A stretch of DNA of 24,750 nt from Microcoleaceae cyanobacterium (GTDB lineage: Bacteria; Cyanobacteriota; Cyanobacteriia; Cyanobacteriales; Microcoleaceae): the NCBI GenBank assembly GCA_051652765.1, contig JBOFUV010000041.1:1-24750 (forward strand), written 5' to 3'. The position numbers and the translations under genes are program-made. The notes under the pieces were generated by a model that had not been told where the DNA came from, did no database searches, and saw only the letters and a program-made list of their open reading frames with translations. Below, piece by piece: positions 8,101 through 16,869 of this stretch (its first letter is position 1; each line of letters begins with the position of its first letter).

Positions 8101-9423
8101 TCATCCCGCTGGGTTCATTTGGGCCAAAAGCTTGACGACTTCCAATAGATCTGAACTTTGAACTGGAGCAGTTCTGGGTTTCTGAACGCCATTCAACGAT
8201 TCGGGTTGGTTCAAGCTCAGAAGATGCTGTTTCATTTCGTATAGTTGCCAAGCTCGTTCAGACAAGATTGACAGATCAAGATCGGGAGCCACCTGCAAAC
8301 GGATTAACAAAACTCCTTCTGACTGGGCTTCAAACGCTTGAATGGAGATGTTGTCCTGACCCCAATCTGCCTGCAAGATTTGGAAGGTAAGGAGGAATGC
8401 TTGCCAGTGAACACCGTCTTTGAATGCTAAGTTGAGGGTGGTTTCTGTGGGTTGAAACAGCTTAGTAAATTCCCCAGGGGCAAGGGTTTTATCCAGATCC
8501 CGTGGGCATCGTTCCTGCTGATCACCTTTCAGGTAAAGGTAGTCGCAGAGAATCCTATTCAGTTTAGTCTCCTGGTTAATTTGCCATGCTTCAATGCAGG
8601 CTCCGGTGAGGGTGACTGCGGTAAAGTTGGTTTCTAGCGCCTGCACCCCGGAGAGATCAGCCTCTCGCAAATTGGCCTGGGTTAAATCGGCTTGGCTCAA
8701 ATCAGCTTCTTGTAGATTCGCCTTCCAGAGATCGGCTTGGCTTAGGTTAGTTTGACTTAGATCAGTCTGTTGCAAGTTTGCGTTCCACAGATCGGCCCCT
8801 TGCAAATCAGCTTCTCGCAAGTCTGCGCCCCATAAATTTGTACCGATCAAGCTTGCTCCCCTCAAATCTGCCCGCCAGAGATAGGCTTCCTGTAGATCAA
8901 CGTCTCCGAGGTTCAGGCTGGCCCCATTGCCATTGATGATTTCCCAGACCAAGCGCCATTTTTCAGCAATTCGAGTGGCACTGTCCAGAGTTACCGCCTT
9001 AAGGTTGACCCCGCGTAGATCCGCTTGCCAGAGATTAGCGCCACAAAGATTTGCTTCGGTTAAGTCTGCACCCCGCAGGTCTGCTTCTCGCAGATCAGCC
9101 TCCCAGAAACTGGCTTTACCGCCATCAGCTCCCCGTAAGTCAGCTTTCCAAAGGGTTGTTCCACTCAGATCTGCGCCGGTGAGATTGGCTCCACTGAGAT
9201 CGGCCCCCCAAAGATTGGCTTCCCCGAGGTCAGCTTCTCGCAGATCGGCTCCCCACAGTTTGGCTCCCCAAAGATTGGCCTTCCAGAGATTGGCCCCAAT
9301 CAGATTTAAGCCCTGCAAATCAGCGGCAATCAGGTCGGGCTGGATGGCTTCATGGGTGGCCCGCCAGTGATTCCAAACTTCAATTCCTTGTTGCAATCGT
9401 GCAATGAGTTCTGCCTGTGCCAT
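8101..9423 (-). CDS. Pentapeptide-repeat protein with C-terminal non-repeat domain
   Basis: Many A(D/N)LXX repeats, N-terminal QGIEVWNHWR cap, TLTGACIEAWQI motif and GEFTKLFQ..FKDGVHWQAF tail. Confidence 0.92.
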   Translation of the reverse strand: MAQAELIARLQQGIEVWNHWRATHEAIQPDLIAADLQGLNLIGANLWKANLWGAKLWGADLREADLGEANLWGADLSGANLTGADLSGTTLWKADLRGADGGKASFWEADLREADLRGADLTEANLCGANLWQADLRGVNLKAVTLDSATRIAEKWRLVWEIINGNGASLNLGDVDLQEAYLWRADLRGASLIGTNLWGADLREADLQGADLWNANLQQTDLSQTNLSQADLWKANLQEADLSQADLTQANLREADLSGVQALETNFTAVTLTGACIEAWQINQETKLNRILCDYLYLKGDQQERCPRDLDKTLAPGEFTKLFQPTETTLNLAFKDGVHWQAFLLTFQILQADWGQDNISIQAFEAQSEGVLLIRLQVAPDLDLSILSERAWQLYEMKQHLLSLNQPESLNGVQKPRTAPVQSSDLLEVVKLLAQMNPAG

Positions 9424-9715
9424 TTCAACCTTTAAGGAATTGTTTATTCACCTTCTCTTCTAACAAATTTCTAGTAAAACCGAAAAAACTTTAAATATTC
9501 ACACCGAAAAGTTTACAAAACACTTTTGAGGGTAAAAATTAATTAATTTATCTCCGCTATGAACAACATCCTTATCCCTTTTTTATTCATGCGAATCCGA
9601 ACCAAAATTCTCCAAAATAGTCATGGGAGTAAGTTCAATAAATCTGGTTAAGCTCTCTTGTAGAACCTTTTGTCAAGGGAAGAGAGATAGAGGGAAGTTC
9701 TCTATTAAGTTGACT

Positions 9716-9724
9716 GGGAACACT
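9716..9724 (+). promoter_or_regulatory. Possible SigF/SigJ-type -10 element upstream of the taxis operon
   Basis: GGGAACACT resembles the GGGAATACT-like motif of motility-sigma promoters; ~450-550 bp upstream of patA. Confidence 0.3.
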
Positions 9725-10274
9725 GGCGTATTTGGCCAAAGCTAAACTTTTGGGGGTTTTTGGTAGGACTCTATTCTTCGACCTGTTTTAAAATTTGTAT
9801 TAAATTTAACTCAGTAACTTTTAAAACTACAGATTCTAAAAAAATTGGATCAAGAAATAGATCGGAAAAACTTGTGAATTTTAATCTAAAAGTCTATGAT
9901 AGAACCAAAGACAAGTAACTCTTGCTCGGAGAAACCATGAAAAATACGGTTTATAGACCCTCTTTTGACGTTTAAAGAAAGTATTTATTAGTCAAGACAG
10001 ATGGTTTATTTCTAGGTGTTATGGAGGTCATTTTCGGAGATTTGGAGAAGTGAATCCAGAGGATTAATACGGTTTTTTAAAAACTTTCAGGAAGTTACAA
10101 TCAAATCTCAGTAGAGAGATACAGTAGAAAAAGCACGGTAGAAACTTTGAGTCGGTTTTTTCTATTCGGGTGCATTTCGCAACACCAACAGCTCGAATAA
10201 TTGTCGTTCATTTGATGGAGGATAGTAGATTCATTCCCTGTCCTATCAGAGGCGAGTCAGCCCAAAATTTATCT

Positions 10275-11564
10275 ATGCTCACCCCATTAAGCACTGCTGC
10301 GCCGTACCCGATGCCAGTCAACCAAGCTGTTATGAATCAAGTGCCAATTCGTGAATTGACTCAAGAGTTAGAGACCCTCTGTCAACGTAGAACAACAGGA
10401 ACATTAGTTCTGAACACTGCCAGTCAGGAAGGCAAGCTGCATCTTGTCGAAGGTCAACTCCTTTACGTAACCAGTGACTTTCATCGAGTCAGGCGTTGGT
10501 ATCGGGCAACGAAGAAAAGTTGTCCGAATTGGAGACCTCAATCTGGACTGTTGTCCCTAGATTCTGAAACTCCCTGGGAATATCAGTTGCTCGATCTGGG
10601 GATTACCGATGAACAGTTAACCATTGCTCAGGCTAAGGCCGTTATGGGTCAAGTCGCCCTGGAAGTTTTGTTCTCAATCGCTGAACAAACAACAACGACC
10701 TATCGATTTGAGTCCTACACAGAGCCTGCTTTAGACGTTTATCCAGGACTGACCCTATCTCAGGACGATTGGCAACCTTTACTGACAAAAGTTGCCCATC
10801 TTCAATCCCAATGGCAAACTGCAGGTTTGGGGGGGGTTAATCCAATTCTGGCTCCAATCTTGCGAAAACAGGTTGAAGCCAAGTCACTTTCTACCTGGGA
10901 TAAGTATCTCAATGGCAAGTTTACCCTCTGGGATATCGCTGCTCGTTTAGGTAAGTCGGTCACCTCAGTCGCCCGTGCCCTCTTACCTTTAGTGAATAAG
11001 GGATTAGTACAGTTACGCACGGTACCGGATTTGCCCGATCCAGGATTTCAGTTGGCTCCGACAGGCCCAGATGGGAATTCGGGAGGAGCCGTTACATTTG
11101 CATCTTCTACCCCTGAAGAAGGATTAGAGGGTCTTGAGTTGGAGTTTGCTTCTCCTTCAGGCCCTGCCAATCAACCGCTGATTGCTTGTATTGATGATAG
11201 CCCTGTTGTGGCCCAAACCCTGAAGAATATTCTGGAGCCTGCTGGCTATCGTGTATTAGGGATTCAAGATCCAGTACAGGCTCTAGCCCAGATTGCCAAG
11301 CACAAGCCAGATTTAATCTTTCTCGATTTGGTTATGCCCCATGCGAATGGTTATACAGTCTGTCAATTTCTGCGAAACGCACCTCTATTTCGGAATACTC
11401 CGGTCATTATCTTGACCAGCCGAGACAACGTTGTTGATCGGAGTCGAACCATGTTGGCGGGCGCGTCGGGCTTCCTAGGGAAACCTCCTAAGCCAAAGGA
11501 GACCTTGAGAATGGTCAGTAAATATCTCTCTGCTTCAGCATCTTCTAAAAACTCCTCTTATTAA
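10275..11564 (+). CDS. pixG: PatA-family response regulator (PATAN + REC), PixG/TaxP-like
   Basis: N-terminal PATAN-like region (TGTLVL..HRVRRWYR..PWEYQLL) and C-terminal REC (IACIDDS, DLIFLDLVMP, IILTS, FLGKP). First gene of the che-like operon. Start uncertain (GTG 10170; ATG 10215/10275/10311/10332). Confidence 0.88.
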   Translation: MLTPLSTAAPYPMPVNQAVMNQVPIRELTQELETLCQRRTTGTLVLNTASQEGKLHLVEGQLLYVTSDFHRVRRWYRATKKSCPNWRPQSGLLSLDSETPWEYQLLDLGITDEQLTIAQAKAVMGQVALEVLFSIAEQTTTTYRFESYTEPALDVYPGLTLSQDDWQPLLTKVAHLQSQWQTAGLGGVNPILAPILRKQVEAKSLSTWDKYLNGKFTLWDIAARLGKSVTSVARALLPLVNKGLVQLRTVPDLPDPGFQLAPTGPDGNSGGAVTFASSTPEEGLEGLELEFASPSGPANQPLIACIDDSPVVAQTLKNILEPAGYRVLGIQDPVQALAQIAKHKPDLIFLDLVMPHANGYTVCQFLRNAPLFRNTPVIILTSRDNVVDRSRTMLAGASGFLGKPPKPKETLRMVSKYLSASASSKNSSY

Positions 11565-11581
11565 GCCAAATCAAGAAAGCT

Positions 11582-11623
11582 AGGCTAGAAAAATCAGGCT
11601 AGAAAAACCAGGCTAGAAAAACG
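11582..11623 (+). repeat. 14-bp tandem repeat x3 (AGGCTAGAAAAAyS)
   Basis: aggctagaaaaatc aggctagaaaaacc aggctagaaaaacg. Confidence 0.9.
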
Positions 11624-11700
11624 GGTCAAAAACCATTTGCAACGTAGCAATTCAATTGACGTTGAACCCAAATTTTAATATTAATAAAGGTGTTTTTACC

Positions 11701-12069
11701 ATGGCAAGCATATTAGTGGTAGAAGACAGTGCCACAGAGGCCAAGCTATTGACAGACTATCTACAAAAGTCGGGGTTTAAGGTGCTGAGTGTGACAACAG
11801 CAGAGGCTGCAAAAGCACTCCTAGAACAGCAAAGCTTTGATGCTATTTTGATTGATGTTGTTCTGCCAGGTCAAAGTGGATTTGGGCTGTGTCGGGAGTT
11901 AAAAAACCAGGAGAAAACGGCTCGAGTTCCGATTATTATTTGCTCTAGTAAAGCTGAAATAATTGATAAAACCTGGGGTATAAAACAAGGTGCATCTGTC
12001 TATCTCACAAAGCCTATTAATGGGCAAGAAATTGTGGAAACCCTTAACCAACTTATTTCTGCTTCATGA
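11701..12069 (+). CDS. pixH: CheY-like single-domain response regulator (PixH-like)
   Basis: MASILVVEDS..DAILIDVVLPGQSGF..IICSSK..WGIKQGA..YLTKP. ATG 11701 preferred over TTG 11656. Confidence 0.92.
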   Translation: MASILVVEDSATEAKLLTDYLQKSGFKVLSVTTAEAAKALLEQQSFDAILIDVVLPGQSGFGLCRELKNQEKTARVPIIICSSKAEIIDKTWGIKQGASVYLTKPINGQEIVETLNQLISAS

Positions 12070-12569
12070 TGAAAGCTCAATGTTCGCCCTCAATGGTTCA
12101 GTCCTTTCTCAGTGTTCGTCTAGGCCCTGAATTTCAGCTTCTCTTATCCACTCAACCGCTGCTTGAAATCCTCAATTTGAATCCTCGTCATCTTGTTTCA
12201 GTTCCGCAAATGCCTGCCTCTGTGGTTGGTGTTTGTACTTGGAAACAGGAGGTTTTATGGATCATTGATTTGGCAAATTTGTTGGGCTTAGGGTCTCAAT
12301 TGACCGCCAATGTCCTGACTTCCCATTGTTCTGTGCTCGTGATGAAGACTCAGAATGGAAACCTGGGTTTAATGGTCAACCAAGTGGGGCAAGTTGTTTC
12401 CTGCAACCCAGCTCAAATTCAGCCGATTTCTTCAGAATTTCAGTTCGTTAACTTAATCGGATTTCAAGAAAAACTGATGCGAGAGTTCTGGATTGATCCC
12501 GCCAATACCATCAACCCAATTCTGGAAGTTGAAACAGTCGTTCAATTTTTGAATTCGGCCTCTGCATAG
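12066..12569 (+). CDS. cheW: CheW-like adaptor (PixI-like)
   Basis: VPQMPASVVGVCTWKQEVLWIIDL..LGLMVNQV motifs; ATGA overlap with cheY; operon position. Confidence 0.88.
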   Translation: MMKAQCSPSMVQSFLSVRLGPEFQLLLSTQPLLEILNLNPRHLVSVPQMPASVVGVCTWKQEVLWIIDLANLLGLGSQLTANVLTSHCSVLVMKTQNGNLGLMVNQVGQVVSCNPAQIQPISSEFQFVNLIGFQEKLMREFWIDPANTINPILEVETVVQFLNSASA

Positions 12570-12654
12570 TGTGGTTCAGACTACAAATTAATAAATCTTC
12601 AAGCCTAGCTTAACTCTGTATCTCACCCTCTGTCCTTTAACCTTTGAACGATCA

Positions 12655-15600
12655 ATGTCTAACAACAATTCTTCCCTCCGGTTAACCATGACTGAGCCCA
12701 TGAACGAACCTATGCAATCAACTCCCATACATATTGAATCTGAAGTCCAGCCTCCCTTTACGGCTCAACCTCAAGCCCTTGGACTAAAAGCTAAAACGAC
12801 AGCCCTGGCCAGAGAGTTATCGGTATTGCGGCTCAATATTGACAGCCGAGTCAATCAACTCCAATCCTTGATTGAACGGGAAGGTGCCGCCGCAGAACGG
12901 GCCGAACTCCTGAATGAAATCACATCTGCCATGCGGGAATCCCTCAATCCGCAGAATATTTTTAGAACGGCGGTAGAACAAGCTCGGGTTGCCTTGCAGT
13001 CAGACCGGGTTGCGGTTTACCAGTTTGATCCCCAATGGCAGGGAACCATTGTTTCGGAGTCTGTTGATCCTCAATGGCCGTCAGCTCTGGGGGCAATGAT
13101 TGCCGATCCCTGTTTTGCGGATCGCTACGTTGAGTTTTATCAAGCTGGACGGGTCAAGGCGACCTCGGACATCTACAACGCGGGGTTGACAGAATGCCAT
13201 TTGAATCAGCTCGAACCCTTTAAGGTCAGAGCAAACTTAGTGGCTCCGATTGTCGCTAACCAACAACTGATGGGGCTGTTCATTGCTCACCAATGTTCGG
13301 GGTCGCGAGTTTGGCTAGAGCCTGAGATTGAGTTTTTCCGTCAATTGGCGGTGCAGCTCGGTTACGCCTTGGATCAAGCTCTGTTACTCCAACAGCAGCA
13401 AGTGGCAACCCGTCAAGCTCAGCTTCTCAACCACATTACAGCCCAGATTCGTCAGTCTCTGGATGTGGATAACATCTTGGTAACCACGGTCGAAGAAGCT
13501 CGAGCCGCCCTAGAGTGCGATCGCGTCATCGTCTATGAATTTGATGCCAAGTGGCAAGGAACGATCATTGCCGAATCTGTAGATGCCAAATGGCCGAACG
13601 CATTGGGGGCAATGATTGCCGATCCTTGCTTTGCCCAACGCTACATTCAACCCTATTTGCGCGGTCGAGTTCGGGCCACTGAAGACATTGAGAATGCTGG
13701 ACTGACAGAGTGCTACCTGAATCAGCTCAGACCCTTTGAGGTGAAAGCCAATCTGGTGGCTCCAATTGTGGTGAATCAAAAACTGATGGGGCTGCTGATT
13801 GCCCATCAATGTTCTGCCCCCCGAGCTTGGACAGAACTAGAGATTGACCTAATGCGTCAGGTGGGGATTCAACTGGGCTACACCCTGGATCAAGCCTACT
13901 TGCTAAAACAGCAGCAAGCCGCCGCCCGACAAGCCCGATCCCTGAACGAGATCACAACCAAACTGCGAAACTTTAGCCAACCGCAGGAATTGTTTGAGCT
14001 GATTGTGGAAGAGGCTAAGGTCGTTCTTCAATGCGATCGCCTGCTGATTTACCAGTTGGATGAAGATTGGATGGGGACAGTAGTTGCTGAAGCCGTCAGT
14101 CGAGGCTGGTCAAAAACTTTGGGTCGGCAACTCAAAGATCCTTGTATTCCCAGTCATTTCGGCAAACTGTATCTGCGGGGGCGGGTTAGCAAAATCGAAA
14201 ATGTGAATGAAGATGGCTTAGAAGCCTGTCACGTTGAAATGCTGGAATCCTATGAAGCCAAAGCCAATATGGTCGCTCCCATCGTGGCAGAGAATCGATT
14301 GAACGCATTGTTGATTGCCCAGCAGTGTTCGGGGCCGCGAATTTGGCAAGAATCAGAAATTAGCTTTATCCAACAGTTGGCAACCCAGGTGAGTTTGGCT
14401 CTGGATCAGGTGATCCTGCTGCAAAAACAGGAATCGGCGGCAGAACAGGCGCGGCGTTTGAACCGAACCAGTTCGCGGATTCGGGAGTCGCTAGTGTACA
14501 GCGATATCCTGGATGCCACTGTTGAAGAAACCCATAGTGCTCTCAATGCTGATCGAGTGGTTGTTTATCAGTTTGATGCCAATTGGCAAGGAACAATTGT
14601 GGCTGAGTCCGTCAGCGCAGGGTTTCCGGAGGCATTGGGGGCAAACATTGATGACCCTTGTTTTGCTCAGAATTATGTCAAGCCTTACCTCAAAGGCCGA
14701 GTCCAAGCCACCGCAGATATCTACGAAGCCAACCTGACCGAGTGTTACTTAAAACAGCTCGAACCCTTTGAAGTCCGGGCCAATCTAGTGGCCCCAATTA
14801 TCACCAACCAAAAACTTCATGGGTTACTCATTGCCCATCAGTGTTCTGGCCCCCGCAAGTGGTCAAATCAAGACATTGATCTGCTCCGACAGATTGCGGT
14901 TCAGGTGGGCTATGCCTTGGATCAATCTTCTTTGCTGGAGCAACAACGGATCGCCACCCAACAGGCGTGCTGGCTGAGCGAAACCGGGTCTCGGATTCGA
15001 GAGTCCTTAGACTTTGATCAAATTTTGCAGACCGCCGTTCAGGAATTATTACCTTTGATGCAGGGCGACCAAGTCCTCGTCCATGAATTTAACAATGATT
15101 GGCAGAGTCGCATTCGTTCATCGGCTTCAAAGCTAGAACTAGACCTGAAGTTTGGGGCTCCAAAACCTACAACAAAGCTCGCCAATTATGGAGACTTCGA
15201 TCCAGAACTGGCAGGATTCCTGGCTATCCATGCCGAATTTTCCCCAACGTTCTCAGCTGAAACAGTTAAGTTGTATCGTCAAGGACAAGTTCACATTCTC
15301 AGCGATATTGCACAGGCTGATTTAACCCAATTCCAAATTGAGCAGTTGCACCAACAGCATGTCAAAGCCAGTCTGAGCGCACCAATCTTTATTAACCAGA
15401 ATCTCTATGGCTTGATCGAGGTGCAGCAATGTTCTCAGCCCAGAACTTGGATCAATGCGGAAACTGAACTGCTCAAACAAGTCGCATTGCAAATCGGCTA
15501 CGCTCTGGAACAGGCCCAACTCCTGCAACAGGTACAACAGGCTCGCCAAATTGCGGAACAAGTGTCCACAGAACAACAGCAACAAAAGCAAGTTCTCGAA

Positions 15601-16578
15601 CATCAAATCGAGACATTCTTAGGTGATATTGAAAACTCCTTTGAGGGAGATTTAACAGTCCGAGCCCGAGTCACCGAAGGGGTTATGGGAACAGTTGCAG
15701 ACTTTTTCAATGCCACCATTGAAAATCTCCAACAGCTTGTAGTTCAAGTCACCTCTGCGGCCAACGTGGTAAACGGGACTGCCCAGAATAGTGAAGCTGC
15801 GGTCAAGAACCTTTCACAAGCAGCAGTCAATCAAGCAGAGGCGATCGCCAACGCCCTCAGCCAGATTCAAACCATGGCCAGTGCTACCCAAACCGTTGCT
15901 CAAAGCGCCAAAGCCGCCGAAACTCAAGTGCTGAATGCCAGTCAAATCCTGCAACAGAGTGATGTGGCCATGAATCGCACCGTTGAAGGGATTACGGCGA
16001 TTCAGAAGACAGTTTATGCCACGGCTCGCCGCGTGAAAAATTTGGGGGATGCCTCCAAGAAAATTTCTCGCGTGGTGCAACTGATTAGCGAATTTGCCAA
16101 CCAAACCCACATTCTGGCCCTGAATGCCTCGGTAGAAACCACCCGAACCAATCAGGAAGACCTGGGATTTGCCACGGTTGCCAGCGAAGTTCGGAGTCTG
16201 GCGGAGCAATCGGCGACAGCAACCCAAGAAATTGAACAAATTGTCGAGGAAATTCAAACTGAAACCCAGGAGTTAATTCAAGCCATGAAAGTCGGCATGA
16301 AACGAGTCATTCTCGGAACCACCCTCGTGAATGAAACTCGCCAAACTTTAACGAACTTAGTGGAGGTCAGTCAGCACATTCGCGTCCAGGTGGAAGACAT
16401 TGCCCAATCTGCCACTTCTCAAGCCCAAACCTCTAGCGAATTATCCGCTACGGTGGAAGCAGTCGCCGCGATCGCCCATTCAACCTCTGAATATTCAGTC
16501 AAAGTCGCGGAGTCTTTTAATCAACTGCTGACCGTTGCCGGAGATTTGCAAAAGGGCGTTGCTCAATTCAAGGCTTAG
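12655..16578 (+). CDS. pixJ: Soluble multi-GAF cyanobacteriochrome methyl-accepting chemotaxis protein (PixJ-like)
   Basis: Five GAFs at a 172-aa period (DPCF151/CH181, DPCF323/CY353, DPCIP495/CH525, DPCF667/CY697, degenerate SPTF863/FQ893), then a HAMP-like GDLTVRA..GTVADFFNATIENL segment and an MCP signalling domain. No transmembrane segment visible. Confidence 0.93.
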   Translation: MSNNNSSLRLTMTEPMNEPMQSTPIHIESEVQPPFTAQPQALGLKAKTTALARELSVLRLNIDSRVNQLQSLIEREGAAAERAELLNEITSAMRESLNPQNIFRTAVEQARVALQSDRVAVYQFDPQWQGTIVSESVDPQWPSALGAMIADPCFADRYVEFYQAGRVKATSDIYNAGLTECHLNQLEPFKVRANLVAPIVANQQLMGLFIAHQCSGSRVWLEPEIEFFRQLAVQLGYALDQALLLQQQQVATRQAQLLNHITAQIRQSLDVDNILVTTVEEARAALECDRVIVYEFDAKWQGTIIAESVDAKWPNALGAMIADPCFAQRYIQPYLRGRVRATEDIENAGLTECYLNQLRPFEVKANLVAPIVVNQKLMGLLIAHQCSAPRAWTELEIDLMRQVGIQLGYTLDQAYLLKQQQAAARQARSLNEITTKLRNFSQPQELFELIVEEAKVVLQCDRLLIYQLDEDWMGTVVAEAVSRGWSKTLGRQLKDPCIPSHFGKLYLRGRVSKIENVNEDGLEACHVEMLESYEAKANMVAPIVAENRLNALLIAQQCSGPRIWQESEISFIQQLATQVSLALDQVILLQKQESAAEQARRLNRTSSRIRESLVYSDILDATVEETHSALNADRVVVYQFDANWQGTIVAESVSAGFPEALGANIDDPCFAQNYVKPYLKGRVQATADIYEANLTECYLKQLEPFEVRANLVAPIITNQKLHGLLIAHQCSGPRKWSNQDIDLLRQIAVQVGYALDQSSLLEQQRIATQQACWLSETGSRIRESLDFDQILQTAVQELLPLMQGDQVLVHEFNNDWQSRIRSSASKLELDLKFGAPKPTTKLANYGDFDPELAGFLAIHAEFSPTFSAETVKLYRQGQVHILSDIAQADLTQFQIEQLHQQHVKASLSAPIFINQNLYGLIEVQQCSQPRTWINAETELLKQVALQIGYALEQAQLLQQVQQARQIAEQVSTEQQQQKQVLEHQIETFLGDIENSFEGDLTVRARVTEGVMGTVADFFNATIENLQQLVVQVTSAANVVNGTAQNSEAAVKNLSQAAVNQAEAIANALSQIQTMASATQTVAQSAKAAETQVLNASQILQQSDVAMNRTVEGITAIQKTVYATARRVKNLGDASKKISRVVQLISEFANQTHILALNASVETTRTNQEDLGFATVASEVRSLAEQSATATQEIEQIVEEIQTETQELIQAMKVGMKRVILGTTLVNETRQTLTNLVEVSQHIRVQVEDIAQSATSQAQTSSELSATVEAVAAIAHSTSEYSVKVAESFNQLLTVAGDLQKGVAQFKA

Positions 16579-16697
16579 CCCCAGAACACTGACCGTTAGC
16601 ATCTCTCTCCTTTCTCAGAGAAGGACTTGAAGAGCCTCTCGCTTGGAGGCAAGATCCCACACCACAGGCTTCTGTGATTCAGACGTGACCCCTTCTG

Positions 16698-16732
16698 GTC
16701 TCCCCCTTCATCGAGGGGGACTGAGGGGGATC
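16698..16732 (-). repeat. Cyanobacterial short dispersed GC-rich repeat (hairpin-forming)
   Basis: Reverse complement = GATCCCCCTCAGTCCCCCTCGATGAAGGGGGAGAC; internal CCCCCT/AGGGGG stem. Confidence 0.7.
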
Positions 16733-16751
16733 AATTCAGAAACATATTTCC

Positions 16752-16833
16752 TCTGATGTTTAAGTCTGATGTTTAAGTCTGATGTTTAAGTTAGCGTGAA
16801 TCCTGAGTTTGATTTTCCTTCTTAAACATCAGA
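16752..16833. repeat. 13-bp tandem x3 plus one inverted copy upstream of cheA
   Basis: TCTGATGTTTAAG at 16752, 16765 and 16778; CTTAAACATCAGA at 16821-16833. Confidence 0.92.
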
Positions 16834-16869
16834 TTCCCATTCCCTTTTCCTTTCTCCTCATCACTGAAT

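Noticed and set aside
8927..9370. 147-aa repetitive plus-strand ORF (RSAP/RLAP repeats)
   Set aside because: Antisense mirror of the pentapeptide repeats.
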